Source: a virus
DNA length: 64,000 nt
Reading direction: 5' to 3' (one strand)
Virus record (IMG/VR): IMGVR_UViG_3300025978_000012
Coordinates: 1 to 64,000 of that record
Shown here: positions 29,726 through 39,871 of the stretch, piece after piece
Position numbering within the stretch: position 1 is the stretch's first letter
How the letters are laid out: every line of letters starts with the position of its first letter
Notes under the pieces: model-generated
The model's database searches: none
What the model saw: only the letters and a program-made list of their open reading frames with translations
Told to the model about the DNA's origin: nothing
Position numbers and translations under genes: made by a program

Positions 29726-30451
29726 ATGAAAAAAATATTTATTATTATCATATTTTCAATTAGTATTTCAGGCTGCATTAATGATCTTGAACCATTAGAT
29801 CGTTGGCCGCATGGTCGAATTCCATTTGAACTTATAGGTTTTAATGAACACGAAATCAGTATTATCTATTTAAGTATGTTAAGTTGGGAAATTGCTTCTT
29901 GCGGAAAAATAAAATTTATTGATAAAGCAATTGAAAAAAATAAAAAAGATAAAAAAACAAAAAAACTATATATTATAAAAAATTCAATCAACATATCGGC
30001 AGAATTAAACTCAACTAGTATGAGTATTGGTTATCATGGAATGAATTCTAATCATGAAAATACAATTATTTTAAATGAAGTTTTAAAGAATAATGTAGAA
30101 CATGAACTTGGGCATGTTCTTGGCTTAGAGCATGAACATCAACGCCCGGATATATCTACATTAATTATATGGGAAAACATACCAAATAGTTTACTCTTTA
30201 AATTTCAATTCATTCCAATTGAGCCAACATTATATGATTATAAAAAATATCCGTATGATCCAATATCAATAATGCATTATCCAGCAACCCTACTAATAGA
30301 CGGAAAAGATATTAAAATTTTTAATGATCCTGAAAATAAAATACATGGAGAAGAATCAATAAGTCCAATTGATTCACAAAAAATTTATGATATTTATAAT
30401 GCAAATCAAGATTCTAAAACTAAATATAATACAGGACATTGGGCAGAATAA
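29726..30451 (+). CDS. Astacin-family (M12A) zinc metalloprotease lipoprotein
   Basis: MKKIFIIIIFSISISGC lipoprotein signal; HELGHVLGLEHEHQRPD; SIMHY Met-turn. Confidence 0.9.
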   Translation: MKKIFIIIIFSISISGCINDLEPLDRWPHGRIPFELIGFNEHEISIIYLSMLSWEIASCGKIKFIDKAIEKNKKDKKTKKLYIIKNSINISAELNSTSMSIGYHGMNSNHENTIILNEVLKNNVEHELGHVLGLEHEHQRPDISTLIIWENIPNSLLFKFQFIPIEPTLYDYKKYPYDPISIMHYPATLLIDGKDIKIFNDPENKIHGEESISPIDSQKIYDIYNANQDSKTKYNTGHWAE

Positions 30452-30452
30452 T

Positions 30453-31229
30453 TTATTTACTGTATTCTTTTACAATTTCTTTACAAAATTCACTTAACAC
30501 TTCAGAAATTTGTCTGTTTATTTCATTTAATATTTTTGGAAATATCGGTTCGGCAGGAACATCGGGATATTGCCACCCAGTACTATTCGCAGTTACGCAT
30601 CTAAAAAATCCATATTGAGAATGATATTTACGAGTATTATATCGAGTAAGTCCACCTATATCAATTTCTTTACCTTTCACATTTAAGGTTGTTCCAATAG
30701 GCATCCGTCCTCCGCCTTTTACAATTGCATGAATTTCATTTGTCATTTCACGACCACCGAAACTACTTTTTGCATTCATGCTTGTATTTTTTCTTGGAGT
30801 TCTAACGGGAAACGGAATAATAATATATTTTATTCCATCTTTTCCAATTTTTACTTTTTCTGATTTCATTAAAGCGTCTTTAATAGACCATGATTTAACT
30901 CCTTTTTCCATCATCATTGCGAACATCAAATTTGGTTTGTCGCTTTCTTTATCAATTATCGATTCATCAAGAAAAATTTCTCCTTTATTGTTTAAAATTT
31001 CATATTTAACGGCAGGAGCATATTTCGTTCCCCATCCTCCAGCATTTATTGCTTCAGATTTCCAATCTTCGGCGGTCCCTTGTGTTAATAATGCGATAAC
31101 TCCCGGTAATTCTTCATTAATTGCATTACAAATTTTGTTAAATTTTTCTTCTGCCATATCCGATCCGGCTGTTTCTAATCCTGCCATTATAGAATCAAGA
31201 ATCAATTCAGAATTAATATCAAATACCAT
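30453..31229 (-). CDS. Putative neck/virion morphogenesis protein
   Basis: E-x-G...KYIIIPF...TP and GW-x-YP motifs resemble Herelleviridae-like neck proteins. Confidence 0.5.
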   Translation of the reverse strand: MVFDINSELILDSIMAGLETAGSDMAEEKFNKICNAINEELPGVIALLTQGTAEDWKSEAINAGGWGTKYAPAVKYEILNNKGEIFLDESIIDKESDKPNLMFAMMMEKGVKSWSIKDALMKSEKVKIGKDGIKYIIIPFPVRTPRKNTSMNAKSSFGGREMTNEIHAIVKGGGRMPIGTTLNVKGKEIDIGGLTRYNTRKYHSQYGFFRCVTANSTGWQYPDVPAEPIFPKILNEINRQISEVLSEFCKEIVKEYSK

Positions 31230-32632
31230 TATTTATTCCTTTCGGCTTCACCAAAAATTTTATCATAGCGAGTACTATTTATAGCAACTGGTATTGGTAA
31301 CGAAGCATCTTTATCCCATTCTGATTTTTTACGGGCATAAGAGGAAGATGGAACACGTTCATAAATATTATTTTGATATCTGACTAAATTTTCCCCAATG
31401 AAAACAGGTTTTCTTGATTTTTGTTCTTCTTTGCTCCGATAGGTGTAATCAGTCATTTGAGGGACATGCCTATATTTCTTTTGACGCGCCTCGACGTGTC
31501 CACTTTTAGGATTATAATATTCGCTTTCAATGTTTATTGGTTCAAACGTAGCTACATTATGCGGATGGGCGGGAGTTGCAACCCGCCATCCGTGAACAAT
31601 TTTTGTCTCACGAAATCCTATATTATTCTTACCAATCCATATCGCAATATCGGTATTCGGGTCTTTTATTCCCATTGCAGATAAACTATCATTTCCAGTA
31701 TTTCCTACAATACTTGTAGGGACCATTCTAACAAGCGTTCCGTGATGCGCCCGACACCAGGGGCATGTTCCGCCCGTGAAGATGAAATATTGTGCTTTAC
31801 TTACATCTTTAAGGCTCTCCATTGCGATCTCTTCGTATGGCGCAAGCACTCCGGCCTCATAAACCGCCGCTGTTTCAGTTTGAGCTATTCGTGTCCAATT
31901 GTGCCGCAATGCCTCTGCGTTATATTTATTCGATAATTTTTCTTCTTTTTGAATATTCCAATATAAATCAGATGCAATCATTGTTGGAGATTTTTTTTCA
32001 TTCAATCCTTTTGTTATCTGATATTGTATCGCCTCTTTTAATTCGTTATTCGTATTAGTTACATACATTGCCATGTTAGAAAACGATTTATTTAAGGCAT
32101 TCTTTTCAGCATTAGTAAAATCATATTTCTTGTATGCATCAGCCAATTTTTTCGGCATGTTCCCGTTATATTGATCGAAGTCCACTTGATATAAACTTTT
32201 ATTTATATACGGTTTTTTATTTTTTCTGAACTTTGTAGTATCACGACCAAGCATAAAACTTTTGACCGCGACATCTTCAGTCACAGTATCGGCATATTCT
32301 TTCCAATATTTTTCAATCTCATTATTGAATATTTCCCATTGTCGGGGTGTCATCGGCTTGCCGCTTTCAAATTTTCCATCTTGCGGCCTGAACTTTCCAA
32401 CAATATGTTTAAATATTGATTTTAATTTTTCGAATATATTTTTAAAAAATCCTGCTTTTTGAAGCTTTCCTGGATTGTTTTGAATTAAATAATATGCTTG
32501 TTTTTCATCTAAACCAAGTGCAATTCCGGTTCCTACAAAAATTTCATTTATAAGAGCGGCAATATAATCATTATAATATTCCTGGAGTTCTCGGATATAT
32601 TTGACTTCATGAATTTCTTTATTATTCAACAT
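31229..32632 (-). CDS. MuF/gp7-like minor head morphogenesis protein (likely start MLNNKE)
   Basis: W-x-RIAQTE, TCPWC, PAHPH motifs. Confidence 0.75.
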   Translation of the reverse strand: MLNNKEIHEVKYIRELQEYYNDYIAALINEIFVGTGIALGLDEKQAYYLIQNNPGKLQKAGFFKNIFEKLKSIFKHIVGKFRPQDGKFESGKPMTPRQWEIFNNEIEKYWKEYADTVTEDVAVKSFMLGRDTTKFRKNKKPYINKSLYQVDFDQYNGNMPKKLADAYKKYDFTNAEKNALNKSFSNMAMYVTNTNNELKEAIQYQITKGLNEKKSPTMIASDLYWNIQKEEKLSNKYNAEALRHNWTRIAQTETAAVYEAGVLAPYEEIAMESLKDVSKAQYFIFTGGTCPWCRAHHGTLVRMVPTSIVGNTGNDSLSAMGIKDPNTDIAIWIGKNNIGFRETKIVHGWRVATPAHPHNVATFEPINIESEYYNPKSGHVEARQKKYRHVPQMTDYTYRSKEEQKSRKPVFIGENLVRYQNNIYERVPSSSYARKKSEWDKDASLPIPVAINSTRYDKIFGEAERNK

Positions 32633-32755
32633 AAACAAAACAAACAGGATAAAAAGAAAAATGTCAAACATTAAAATATATCTCAAGCTAATGAATATGA
32701 GGCTTTAGCAATAGGTCCAACCCGTATTGACGTATACGGATATCATCCGAATAAT

Positions 32756-32790
32756 AAAAAAAAGCGTTTTCTTTAAAAAAAAGAAAACGC
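32756..32790 (-). terminator. Rho-independent terminator
   Basis: gcgttttcttt/aaagaaaacgc stem followed by a T run on minus strand. Confidence 0.7.
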
Positions 32791-32851
32791 CTTAAAAATC
32801 ATAGTGTCACACAATTTCCATTTATAAATATAATGGAAAAATCGATATATG

Positions 32852-33172
32852 TCAATTAATTTTCTTCCCACCTCCGGCTTTTATTATTTTTTCAGCATCT
32901 TCGATTTTTACAAAATTACTTATTTTTCCAAAATTTTTAAAATCCTTAAATTGAAAAACATCATATCCATGAAGAATAAATACACGTTTCAAATTGCTAT
33001 TGTTGGATACTCCTAATATATCAGCGACATCTTTAATTCTGATATATTTCGAATAATCTATTTTTAAACATTCCTCTTTTATTTTTTTCAAATGTTCAAT
33101 TGCATCTTCAGTTGTTATAATTTTAATGCCCTCTCTTTTAGAAATTCTCCCCTCAATAGATGTGATTGCCAT
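32852..33172 (-). CDS. Hypothetical protein, possible HTH
   Basis: YIRIKDVADILGVS motif. Confidence 0.5.
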   Translation of the reverse strand: MAITSIEGRISKREGIKIITTEDAIEHLKKIKEECLKIDYSKYIRIKDVADILGVSNNSNLKRVFILHGYDVFQFKDFKNFGKISNFVKIEDAEKIIKAGGGKKIN

Positions 33173-33924
33173 GTGTATGCTCCATCATTATAAACATCAA
33201 AATGAATAAATCCTATATGAATTTTTCCTGAACATTTTCGAGTTCCAAATTTACTACCGAATCCCTGCATTGCGGGGGTAATGATTGCCAAGTGTTCCGC
33301 ATCCCCATTAAATATATGGTAATGAGTGTGACTTCTTATTATTACATTTGACAGAGGTTGAGATTCATCAATTGACCACAACTGATTCCATAGATGATCC
33401 CGCGCAATTGATGTATGACGACCATGTGGAATAATGCTTGATGAAATAAAATGTTTAAAATCAAAAATTATTCCATTAACATCAATCCATCCATGACTAC
33501 AAATTTTTTCAACATTTAATCCATTAGCAACAATATCTTCAAAATCTTCATCTACTCCAACATGAAATGGCGTTCCATATGATTTCACAATTTTCTTTGC
33601 TTTTATTTTTTCGAGACACTGTATCGCCATTTCACATTGTTTTAATCTGTCAGTTTCGATTAATTCTGTTCCGCCACTTTTTTGTCCTTTCCCCTCAATT
33701 GAATCACCATTTTCAATTAAAATATCTATTGGTTGTAATTCTTTTATTTTATTTTCAAAAAAATTATATCCAGCATATTGCATTTCGGCTATTTTTCTTT
33801 TATTAAGATTGTTACTTTGAAGATTATATTGATAATCAGGCGGGGTCAAACCTACGACATGACCACAATGAAGATCGGAAATAACAACAACCCTTTTAAA
33901 ACTTCTTTTTTTATTATTTTTCAT
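33115..33924 (-). CDS. Calcineurin-like metallophosphoesterase
   Basis: VISDLHCGH, NGDSIEG, RSHTH motifs. Confidence 0.8.
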   Translation of the reverse strand: MKNNKKRSFKRVVVISDLHCGHVVGLTPPDYQYNLQSNNLNKRKIAEMQYAGYNFFENKIKELQPIDILIENGDSIEGKGQKSGGTELIETDRLKQCEMAIQCLEKIKAKKIVKSYGTPFHVGVDEDFEDIVANGLNVEKICSHGWIDVNGIIFDFKHFISSSIIPHGRHTSIARDHLWNQLWSIDESQPLSNVIIRSHTHYHIFNGDAEHLAIITPAMQGFGSKFGTRKCSGKIHIGFIHFDVYNDGAYTWQSHLLRGEFLKERALKL

Positions 33925-34373
33925 TATTTTTCTGATTTTAAAATTTTTTTTATTATATCTCGATAAAATTCGTTAGTAAATTGTTTTTTATTTCGTGCTC
34001 TATGTACATCTGAGGCGTCGTCATTGCATCTGCCATGAGATTTTGCCCATTCACATCCTCTGCATCTATCATGTCGATATTTTAAACAAAAGGGACAAAG
34101 TAAAAATGACAATCCATGACACCCGCCAAGCAAAATATTATCGCATAAGCGATTCCAAATAGATTTACAAATATCATTTGACCATAAACTTATTGCTTCT
34201 CGATCATGAATAACAAAATAAAATCTTCCGGCTAAAAGAGATTTATTTTCTAGAAATCGAATCAAATAATTGTTGTAATTTATTATTTTTGGCATCTTGT
34301 AAAAACTTTGTCCTTTCCCAAAATTCTTGTTGTTTGCCCTTATTGAAAGAATCAACGGGACGAAAATATCCAC
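33924..34373 (-). CDS. Cys-rich hypothetical protein
   Basis: CPFC...CRGC...HGRC; true start probably downstream of the called one. Confidence 0.5.
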   Translation of the reverse strand: MDIFVPLILSIRANNKNFGKGQSFYKMPKIINYNNYLIRFLENKSLLAGRFYFVIHDREAISLWSNDICKSIWNRLCDNILLGGCHGLSFLLCPFCLKYRHDRCRGCEWAKSHGRCNDDASDVHRARNKKQFTNEFYRDIIKKILKSEK

Positions 34374-34390
34374 TTACTCTACAATATATT

Positions 34391-34699
34391 TCAGTTTGAA
34401 TTTTTTTCATTATTTTCGCTCCACAATAAAATCAATATACACGCCATTGCATGTGCTAAATGAGAAAAATCGGATTCATCTCTTGCAGTAGTAGTTTTCC
34501 ACGCTACTATGTGACGCATCATCGCATCAAAATATATTGATTTTTTATTTGGTACATTTTTCCAGTCATCTTCTTCATATTTTGTATTGCCATACATAAA
34601 TACATTAACAACTTCTTCTAATTCTTTCCAAGGTAACAATCGCCATTGTGTATTTCCTAATTTTTTATGATGTGCATTTATTAATTTTTCATGTTTCAT
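34391..34699 (-). CDS. DUF5664-like dATP/dGTP diphosphohydrolase domain protein
   Basis: LLPW...YG-x-x-KY-x-x-D-x-WK...DAMMRH...DES...HLAHA. Confidence 0.75.
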   Translation of the reverse strand: MKHEKLINAHHKKLGNTQWRLLPWKELEEVVNVFMYGNTKYEEDDWKNVPNKKSIYFDAMMRHIVAWKTTTARDESDFSHLAHAMACILILLWSENNEKNSN

Positions 34700-34720
34700 G
34701 TTATTAATTTTAAATTTTAT

Positions 34721-35230
34721 TTAAAAATGCAGAGTTGCGTCAGCGGTTATTATCACCCCCTGAATATTTGATATTTTGAAATATCCAAGCCCAGGCCCAA
34801 TTGAGATCAATCTCCAGGAATATAAATAACGAGCACCTACGGCATACCCAGACGTTAATTTTTGAATATTGTTATCATAACCAATCATACCGGCGACCCA
34901 GGGGCCGAAAGAATGATGTAAAATGGGGATGGAAACTTTTAATTCACGACTGGCACTTTTGCATTGATCTCCAGCGGAAATATTGAATTTTAATTTATCT
35001 TGTTTTCCTTTTATCCAAATATCTCCGCACTGTAATGACGGTTTTTCTTTCCCGCCTGATACATAGACTGTTTTTGTTACCTCATTAACCCAGGTAATTT
35101 TCAAAGCTTTTAAATAATGATTATATACAATATATCCAACTGACCCACCGCCAATCAATAGCCCAAAAATAAAAATTATTGAACAGATAATAAGATTTTT
35201 AACCCAGATCGGCAGTGTAATTACAGTCAT
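34721..35230 (-). CDS. Membrane-anchored protein (lysis cassette, possibly spanin-like or beta-barrel-like)
   Basis: N-terminal TM helix, amphipathic beta-strand C-terminus ending in F. Confidence 0.45.
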   Translation of the reverse strand: MTVITLPIWVKNLIICSIIFIFGLLIGGGSVGYIVYNHYLKALKITWVNEVTKTVYVSGGKEKPSLQCGDIWIKGKQDKLKFNISAGDQCKSASRELKVSIPILHHSFGPWVAGMIGYDNNIQKLTSGYAVGARYLYSWRLISIGPGLGYFKISNIQGVIITADATLHF

Positions 35231-35810
35231 GTTTTATCCTCTAATTTTTCGACTATTTTTTGAAAACAAAAATTATTCATATGCACCATATCACGAAATA
35301 ATAATAAATTTTGAGTGCCATCTAAACCAGTAGTTAAAAAATATAAATCAATTATTTTAGGAAAAAAATAATTTCCAATCAATTCATTAATCGATAAAAC
35401 CACGCATTTGGAAACATGACTTTTAATATATAGAATTTCTGACAAATTCCGTCTAGTTTATTCAACAGAAGGTTGTTGCCGCCGAGATTTATTATTATTT
35501 CATACCGGCTAATAAGATTTAATATTTTAACGCCATTCGGAAGATTAAAAAAATCAATCCAGTCATCAACAGTTGTTCCACCACGGCAAAAGTTCACCGT
35601 AGTTTTTTTAAATAATTTCATTGTGGCATAGATATTTTCATTTTCAGCGTTCGAGTCACCAATTATTATTCTTTTCAATCTAAAAAGTTTTGCAATTTTA
35701 ATTTGCCAAAACATTCTTAAAAAATAGACATCAATTTTTTGTCCGGTTTTTGCAACAGGAATAATATTTTTTATTATTTTGAAATAAATCCATTGGTAAA
35801 TATTATTCAT
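35227..35810 (-). pseudogene. Split SGNH/GDSL hydrolase (ORFs 35379..35810 and 35227..35445)
   Basis: GDS, RGG and LGGNN blocks in the first ORF; DMVH block in the overlapping second frame. Confidence 0.55.
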
Positions 35811-36016
35811 TTCAAATCCTTTTTAATTTTGACCTCGACCGGTTTATGTGAACATCCAAGCACATCAAATTCAGATGTCAATAAGATTGCTCCGCCTATA
35901 ATTATTATAATAATCATGGCCAGAATAAATCCTCCGCGTATTGACAATTTTATTTTTTTTCCACCGGCCTCAATATCTACAACCTCATCTGTAATATCAG
36001 ATTTTTGCTGATCCAT
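35807..36016 (-). CDS. Small membrane protein (holin/spanin candidate)
   Basis: 69 aa, single TM helix, downstream of endolysin. Confidence 0.5.
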   Translation of the reverse strand: MDQQKSDITDEVVDIEAGGKKIKLSIRGGFILAMIIIIIIGGAILLTSEFDVLGCSHKPVEVKIKKDLK

Positions 36017-36034
36017 GATTATTCCCTCGCAATG

Positions 36035-36187
36035 TTATCCAATAGAATCAATGCAGCCTTTAATTTTGACACCAAAAATAATGCCACAAACAATCAGAGC
36101 AATAGCGATAAAAATAGCCGATGATATTTTTTTATGCAACATCGCCCAGCCAACAACAGCAACAAAAATCTTTTTAATAGTTTCCAT
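36035..36187 (-). CDS. Small membrane protein, 50 aa (holin candidate)
   Basis: Not in ORF track; METIKKIFVAVVGWAMLHKKISSAIFIAIALIVCGIIFGVKIKGCIDSIG with AGGAG RBS. Confidence 0.55.
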   Translation of the reverse strand: METIKKIFVAVVGWAMLHKKISSAIFIAIALIVCGIIFGVKIKGCIDSIG

Positions 36188-36188
36188 T

Positions 36189-36743
36189 TTATTCTCCTTT
36201 TATTAAATGTTCTGATTCATAATGAAAATTATATCCAGCATTTTTCAACAGTAATTGTAATTTTATCCAATCAAATTCCCCAGGGCAAGGAACTTTAACA
36301 TATTTAGGGCCGGAATATTTAATCGTATTCATGACATGCCCAATGATAGATGTTATTGGATATTTATTTATTAAAAAAACAAGAAACTCAACAGTTGAGT
36401 CATATTGCTCTTCGGTCAGTGCAGTTTTATTGAGCGCATCCGGTTTCAAATGTTCAATTCCAATTGTTACGGCGTCATGCCTACCGGACGACGAATGATA
36501 AACCCAGTTATCAGGATCAATAATTTCATATATTTTCCCATCTCGATCATTGAGATAATGGAATAACGCAATTCCTTTTTTATATTCCTCTTCCCGTTCA
36601 CCAGACAACATCCAATCAATCATACCCTGTGCAGTTGATCCGCCGCCTGTACCATGTATAACAACTTCAGATGGGGCATTTAAACGTTTAAAACCCTCAA
36701 AATATTTTTGACGAATTGACGTAATTTTAATTATTGAATTCAT
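36189..36743 (-). CDS. Endolysin, N-acetylmuramoyl-L-alanine amidase (Amidase_2)
   Basis: VVIHGT, FHY, YHS, IGIE, IIGH, CPG motifs. Confidence 0.85.
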   Translation of the reverse strand: MNSIIKITSIRQKYFEGFKRLNAPSEVVIHGTGGGSTAQGMIDWMLSGEREEEYKKGIALFHYLNDRDGKIYEIIDPDNWVYHSSSGRHDAVTIGIEHLKPDALNKTALTEEQYDSTVEFLVFLINKYPITSIIGHVMNTIKYSGPKYVKVPCPGEFDWIKLQLLLKNAGYNFHYESEHLIKGE

Positions 36744-36931
36744 TATTTTATTCCTTTTTTTATTTTTTTATTATTTCATTTTCAATACATCCCGCCTGTC
36801 GTAAAAATAATTCTATACACTCTAAATTCATGCACATAATGCTTCCACCTGGACATAATTCTTTGCAGGCGTAGTTACGCAATAATATGTATAAATTTTT
36901 TTGAGGATCGGAAATTTCATATGATTTTTTT

Positions 36932-37243
36932 TTATCCATTTTTCTTTATTTTTTTAAAACTTTTTTTGGTGACTATGGCTTCGGCTATCCAAAATTTATT
37001 TTTCTTATCGCAAAAATCAATACATTTATTTACAGCCTCATGATTATCAGTTCTTTCAAAAAGTATTTTAAGATCGCTTTTTATTCCTTTTATCTCATTT
37101 GATAAATTTTCAAAATACTTTAAAGAAAAATTATACATAAAACTAACAAACAACTTCCCACCGAGAACAGCAACCACAATTGAAACAATAATTTTTGTAA
37201 ACACGGTGATTGCGTCTTTATATTGACTGAAAAATTGTTCCAT
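36932..37243 (-). CDS. Membrane protein, holin-like
   Basis: N-terminal TM plus coiled coil, upstream of endolysin. Confidence 0.45.
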   Translation of the reverse strand: MEQFFSQYKDAITVFTKIIVSIVVAVLGGKLFVSFMYNFSLKYFENLSNEIKGIKSDLKILFERTDNHEAVNKCIDFCDKKNKFWIAEAIVTKKSFKKIKKNG

Positions 37244-37294
37244 CTCATTCCCGTCCTCTGTACATTGTATGCCGTAATAAGCAATTTATTTTTC

Positions 37295-38188
37295 TTATAC
37301 ATAAAAATAAGGTGCCTTCGCTTTTGTTGCCAATTGTGTTGATTGATAATGAAGATCAATATAATGAATAAAAACTCCATTTGACCCGCCCGTTATTGTC
37401 GGAAGCGTGGTAACTTCAAGATTCATTAAAATAATTCCATCCGGCTCAAGTAACGCGCTATCAATTTGGCTTCCCGAAGGCGCAGCAGCGGATAATTGAA
37501 CCTCGCTCAATATGTGTTCGTATTGAGGTATTGCCGCTATTGTTGGTGTCGAAACAGATACAAGAATTGTCTTTTCAGCAGGAAAGGTTGCCTGTGAATG
37601 ACTTTTTGCGTAAGTATATATACATGTGCATACAAAATTTCCGCTTATTGCGGTCCCATTATGTGACCAGTGAATATGTAAATATATATCGGTTCCCGGG
37701 ACATAATCATGCGGAATATGAAATCGTATATCAGCTTTTTTGGTCGCTCCGTATAAATATTCACGAACCGACCCGGCTCGATATACTGTGAGTACAGGGG
37801 CATCTCCTCCAGCCGGATCAGTAATAACATTTCCACGCAAATCCTTCCATCCAAACGTAGGAGTAGTGACATCCACCTGGATTCCTTTCCCTGATGTTTT
37901 AGGCAATACAAGATTATTTGTAACAAGTGTATTATATGATGTTAAATCGCTTTGCAAATATACATCAACTTCACTTGTAGGGTTAGTAGTAACATCTGAA
38001 ATATCCTTAACTTCAATAAGTGCTTCCGGTAGACTAAGGGGAGACGGTAAAGAAAATTTATCCGTCGCCCAGTCCTGTAGTATTGCGTTTACCTCTGAGA
38101 GGCTTGAGACTGCTATCCATACATAATAATATGCAGTTAAATATTTAACGTAACAGAGTTTTAAACTTTTCTTTGCCGATACTGTCAT
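37295..38188 (-). CDS. Putative virion structural protein with beta-sandwich C-terminus
   Basis: WKDLRG...FHIPHDY-x-PGTDIYLHIHW; follows portal. Confidence 0.45.
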   Translation of the reverse strand: MTVSAKKSLKLCYVKYLTAYYYVWIAVSSLSEVNAILQDWATDKFSLPSPLSLPEALIEVKDISDVTTNPTSEVDVYLQSDLTSYNTLVTNNLVLPKTSGKGIQVDVTTPTFGWKDLRGNVITDPAGGDAPVLTVYRAGSVREYLYGATKKADIRFHIPHDYVPGTDIYLHIHWSHNGTAISGNFVCTCIYTYAKSHSQATFPAEKTILVSVSTPTIAAIPQYEHILSEVQLSAAAPSGSQIDSALLEPDGIILMNLEVTTLPTITGGSNGVFIHYIDLHYQSTQLATKAKAPYFYV

Positions 38189-38209
38189 TTAAATTACCTC
38201 ATTAAATTT

Positions 38210-39871
38210 CTATATTAATCGAATCGCTTTTTCCATGCCGCCCATAGCATCATCAATCATATTGCCTATTTCTTCATCGTCAAAATTTGTGTCTGAATTT
38301 TCATCTATTTGTCCGCTCTCGCTACCCATCGCAGATTGTCCCGCCGCCATTTGTTCTTTTTGTAAAATATATTGAATATATTGCGGATGTAATACTATGT
38401 CGCCATTAGGAAGAGGAGGCTTGTCGTCTAAGGCTCGGAGTTCATTTAAAGTAGTATTGGTTTCAACTGATTTTTTTCGCAAATCGGCCTCAAAACCCTT
38501 ATCTTCTGTTGATAACCCATTAAATCGAAACATCCATTCTGTTGAAAATGGAAAATTAGATATTTCAAGAAAGTGGATAACCATGTGCCTGAATCCGCCA
38601 AGAATATCTTTTAGCCCGCGCTCTTTTGAAAATAATTGTTTAGCGTCCTGATTTTCTGAAAGTACTGACTGAGCTTGATTTAATCGAAGTCCTATTTCCG
38701 CAGAGTCTACGCCCATAATGGCACATGTCAATGCACCCGTAAACTCCATATATTTCTGATATTCCATATCACGATTATTCGGAAGAAGTTGCAAAACTTT
38801 CGCATCACCATTGAGAAGTGGTATATTCCACTGACCATCCATCGCCTGAAAATTTGACATCCACTCGTCTTGAGCATCTTCAAGCTGTTCTTGCGTATAG
38901 CTCGAATCCTTACCCATAGCGAGTGCTATTTTAGGTATTGATCCGCGAGACAGGCCATTCGAATTAAATGTGAGAGAATTTATAAATGCAACTATTGCAA
39001 GATTTGCTTTTTCAGTTACAGAAAATCCCTGTTTATAAAAACGAATATCGTTTAATTCATTTGATAAATCATATATTAAATCTGTCTCACGAAATGCGGC
39101 GGTTATTCCACCGCCACTTGATCCATATAATAATTCTTGAATATATGAAATTTCTTCTGTAGGTGGGATATTCTCAAGTTTTGCTTTTCGTATTTCGTCA
39201 CTTAATCTATTAAATCCAACACTAATGCCAACACCAATTTGCGACGTACTGCCGTAAAATCCGCCGGGTAATATTGGAAGAATCGTCGCTCCATCAAGCA
39301 CCCATAACGCGGCCGCTTGTCCTTTCCTATCACGTTCTATTTCCCAACAAACTTTATCGATTAATATACGATCCCGAACATATTTTGTCATTAAATCTTT
39401 TAATGCGCCATGTTTCGGCTCTATTCCGGCGTAATCGTCCCGACGAGTTTTCACTAAAAAATTTTCAAGGAATTCTTTTTGTTTTTTTCGTTCAGAATTT
39501 AGGATTTTTTCATCGTCTTTAAGTACAAACTCCCAACCAGGAATATCTTTATTATGGGAAATACCCGAAAATTCCATCATTTGTTGAATGCGAAGGGTTA
39601 TAATTGATCCAACAATTCCATTTCTACGTTCAATAAGACGAAGCAATCTATCAGGAATTTTATCGCGAGGATATACAACGTTATTCCAACTGGTATTATT
39701 CAGCCAGTCATATTGCATACCTTTTGCGACTGTTTTAAATTTACGATCAACATTATTTATAAGGGACCGCGCCTCTTTATATGCCCTGTCATAATCAAGA
39801 GACGCGGTATTAGGGGAATGAGAAGAAAAATTATTATTCTGTTGATTCTTGTTTTTCTTTCGAGACATCAT
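38210..39871 (-). CDS. Portal protein
   Basis: VRD-x-x-x-x-D-x-x-x-x-EIERDRKG...LDGATI; G-x-S-x-x-E; RDMEY; GVD-x-x-EIG; TLNELR. Confidence 0.9.
   Translation of the reverse strand: MMSRKKNKNQQNNNFSSHSPNTASLDYDRAYKEARSLINNVDRKFKTVAKGMQYDWLNNTSWNNVVYPRDKIPDRLLRLIERRNGIVGSIITLRIQQMMEFSGISHNKDIPGWEFVLKDDEKILNSERKKQKEFLENFLVKTRRDDYAGIEPKHGALKDLMTKYVRDRILIDKVCWEIERDRKGQAAALWVLDGATILPILPGGFYGSTSQIGVGISVGFNRLSDEIRKAKLENIPPTEEISYIQELLYGSSGGGITAAFRETDLIYDLSNELNDIRFYKQGFSVTEKANLAIVAFINSLTFNSNGLSRGSIPKIALAMGKDSSYTQEQLEDAQDEWMSNFQAMDGQWNIPLLNGDAKVLQLLPNNRDMEYQKYMEFTGALTCAIMGVDSAEIGLRLNQAQSVLSENQDAKQLFSKERGLKDILGGFRHMVIHFLEISNFPFSTEWMFRFNGLSTEDKGFEADLRKKSVETNTTLNELRALDDKPPLPNGDIVLHPQYIQYILQKEQMAAGQSAMGSESGQIDENSDTNFDDEEIGNMIDDAMGGMEKAIRLI

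Noticed and set aside
32688-32752. Short hairpins upstream of the MuF-like gene as a structured leader
   Set aside because: Stems are only 5-6 bp and partly mutually exclusive; not distinguishable from chance without covariation
33115-34699. 2-aminoadenine (dZ) genome pathway
   Set aside because: No purZ or polymerase in the window; DUF5664 alone is insufficient
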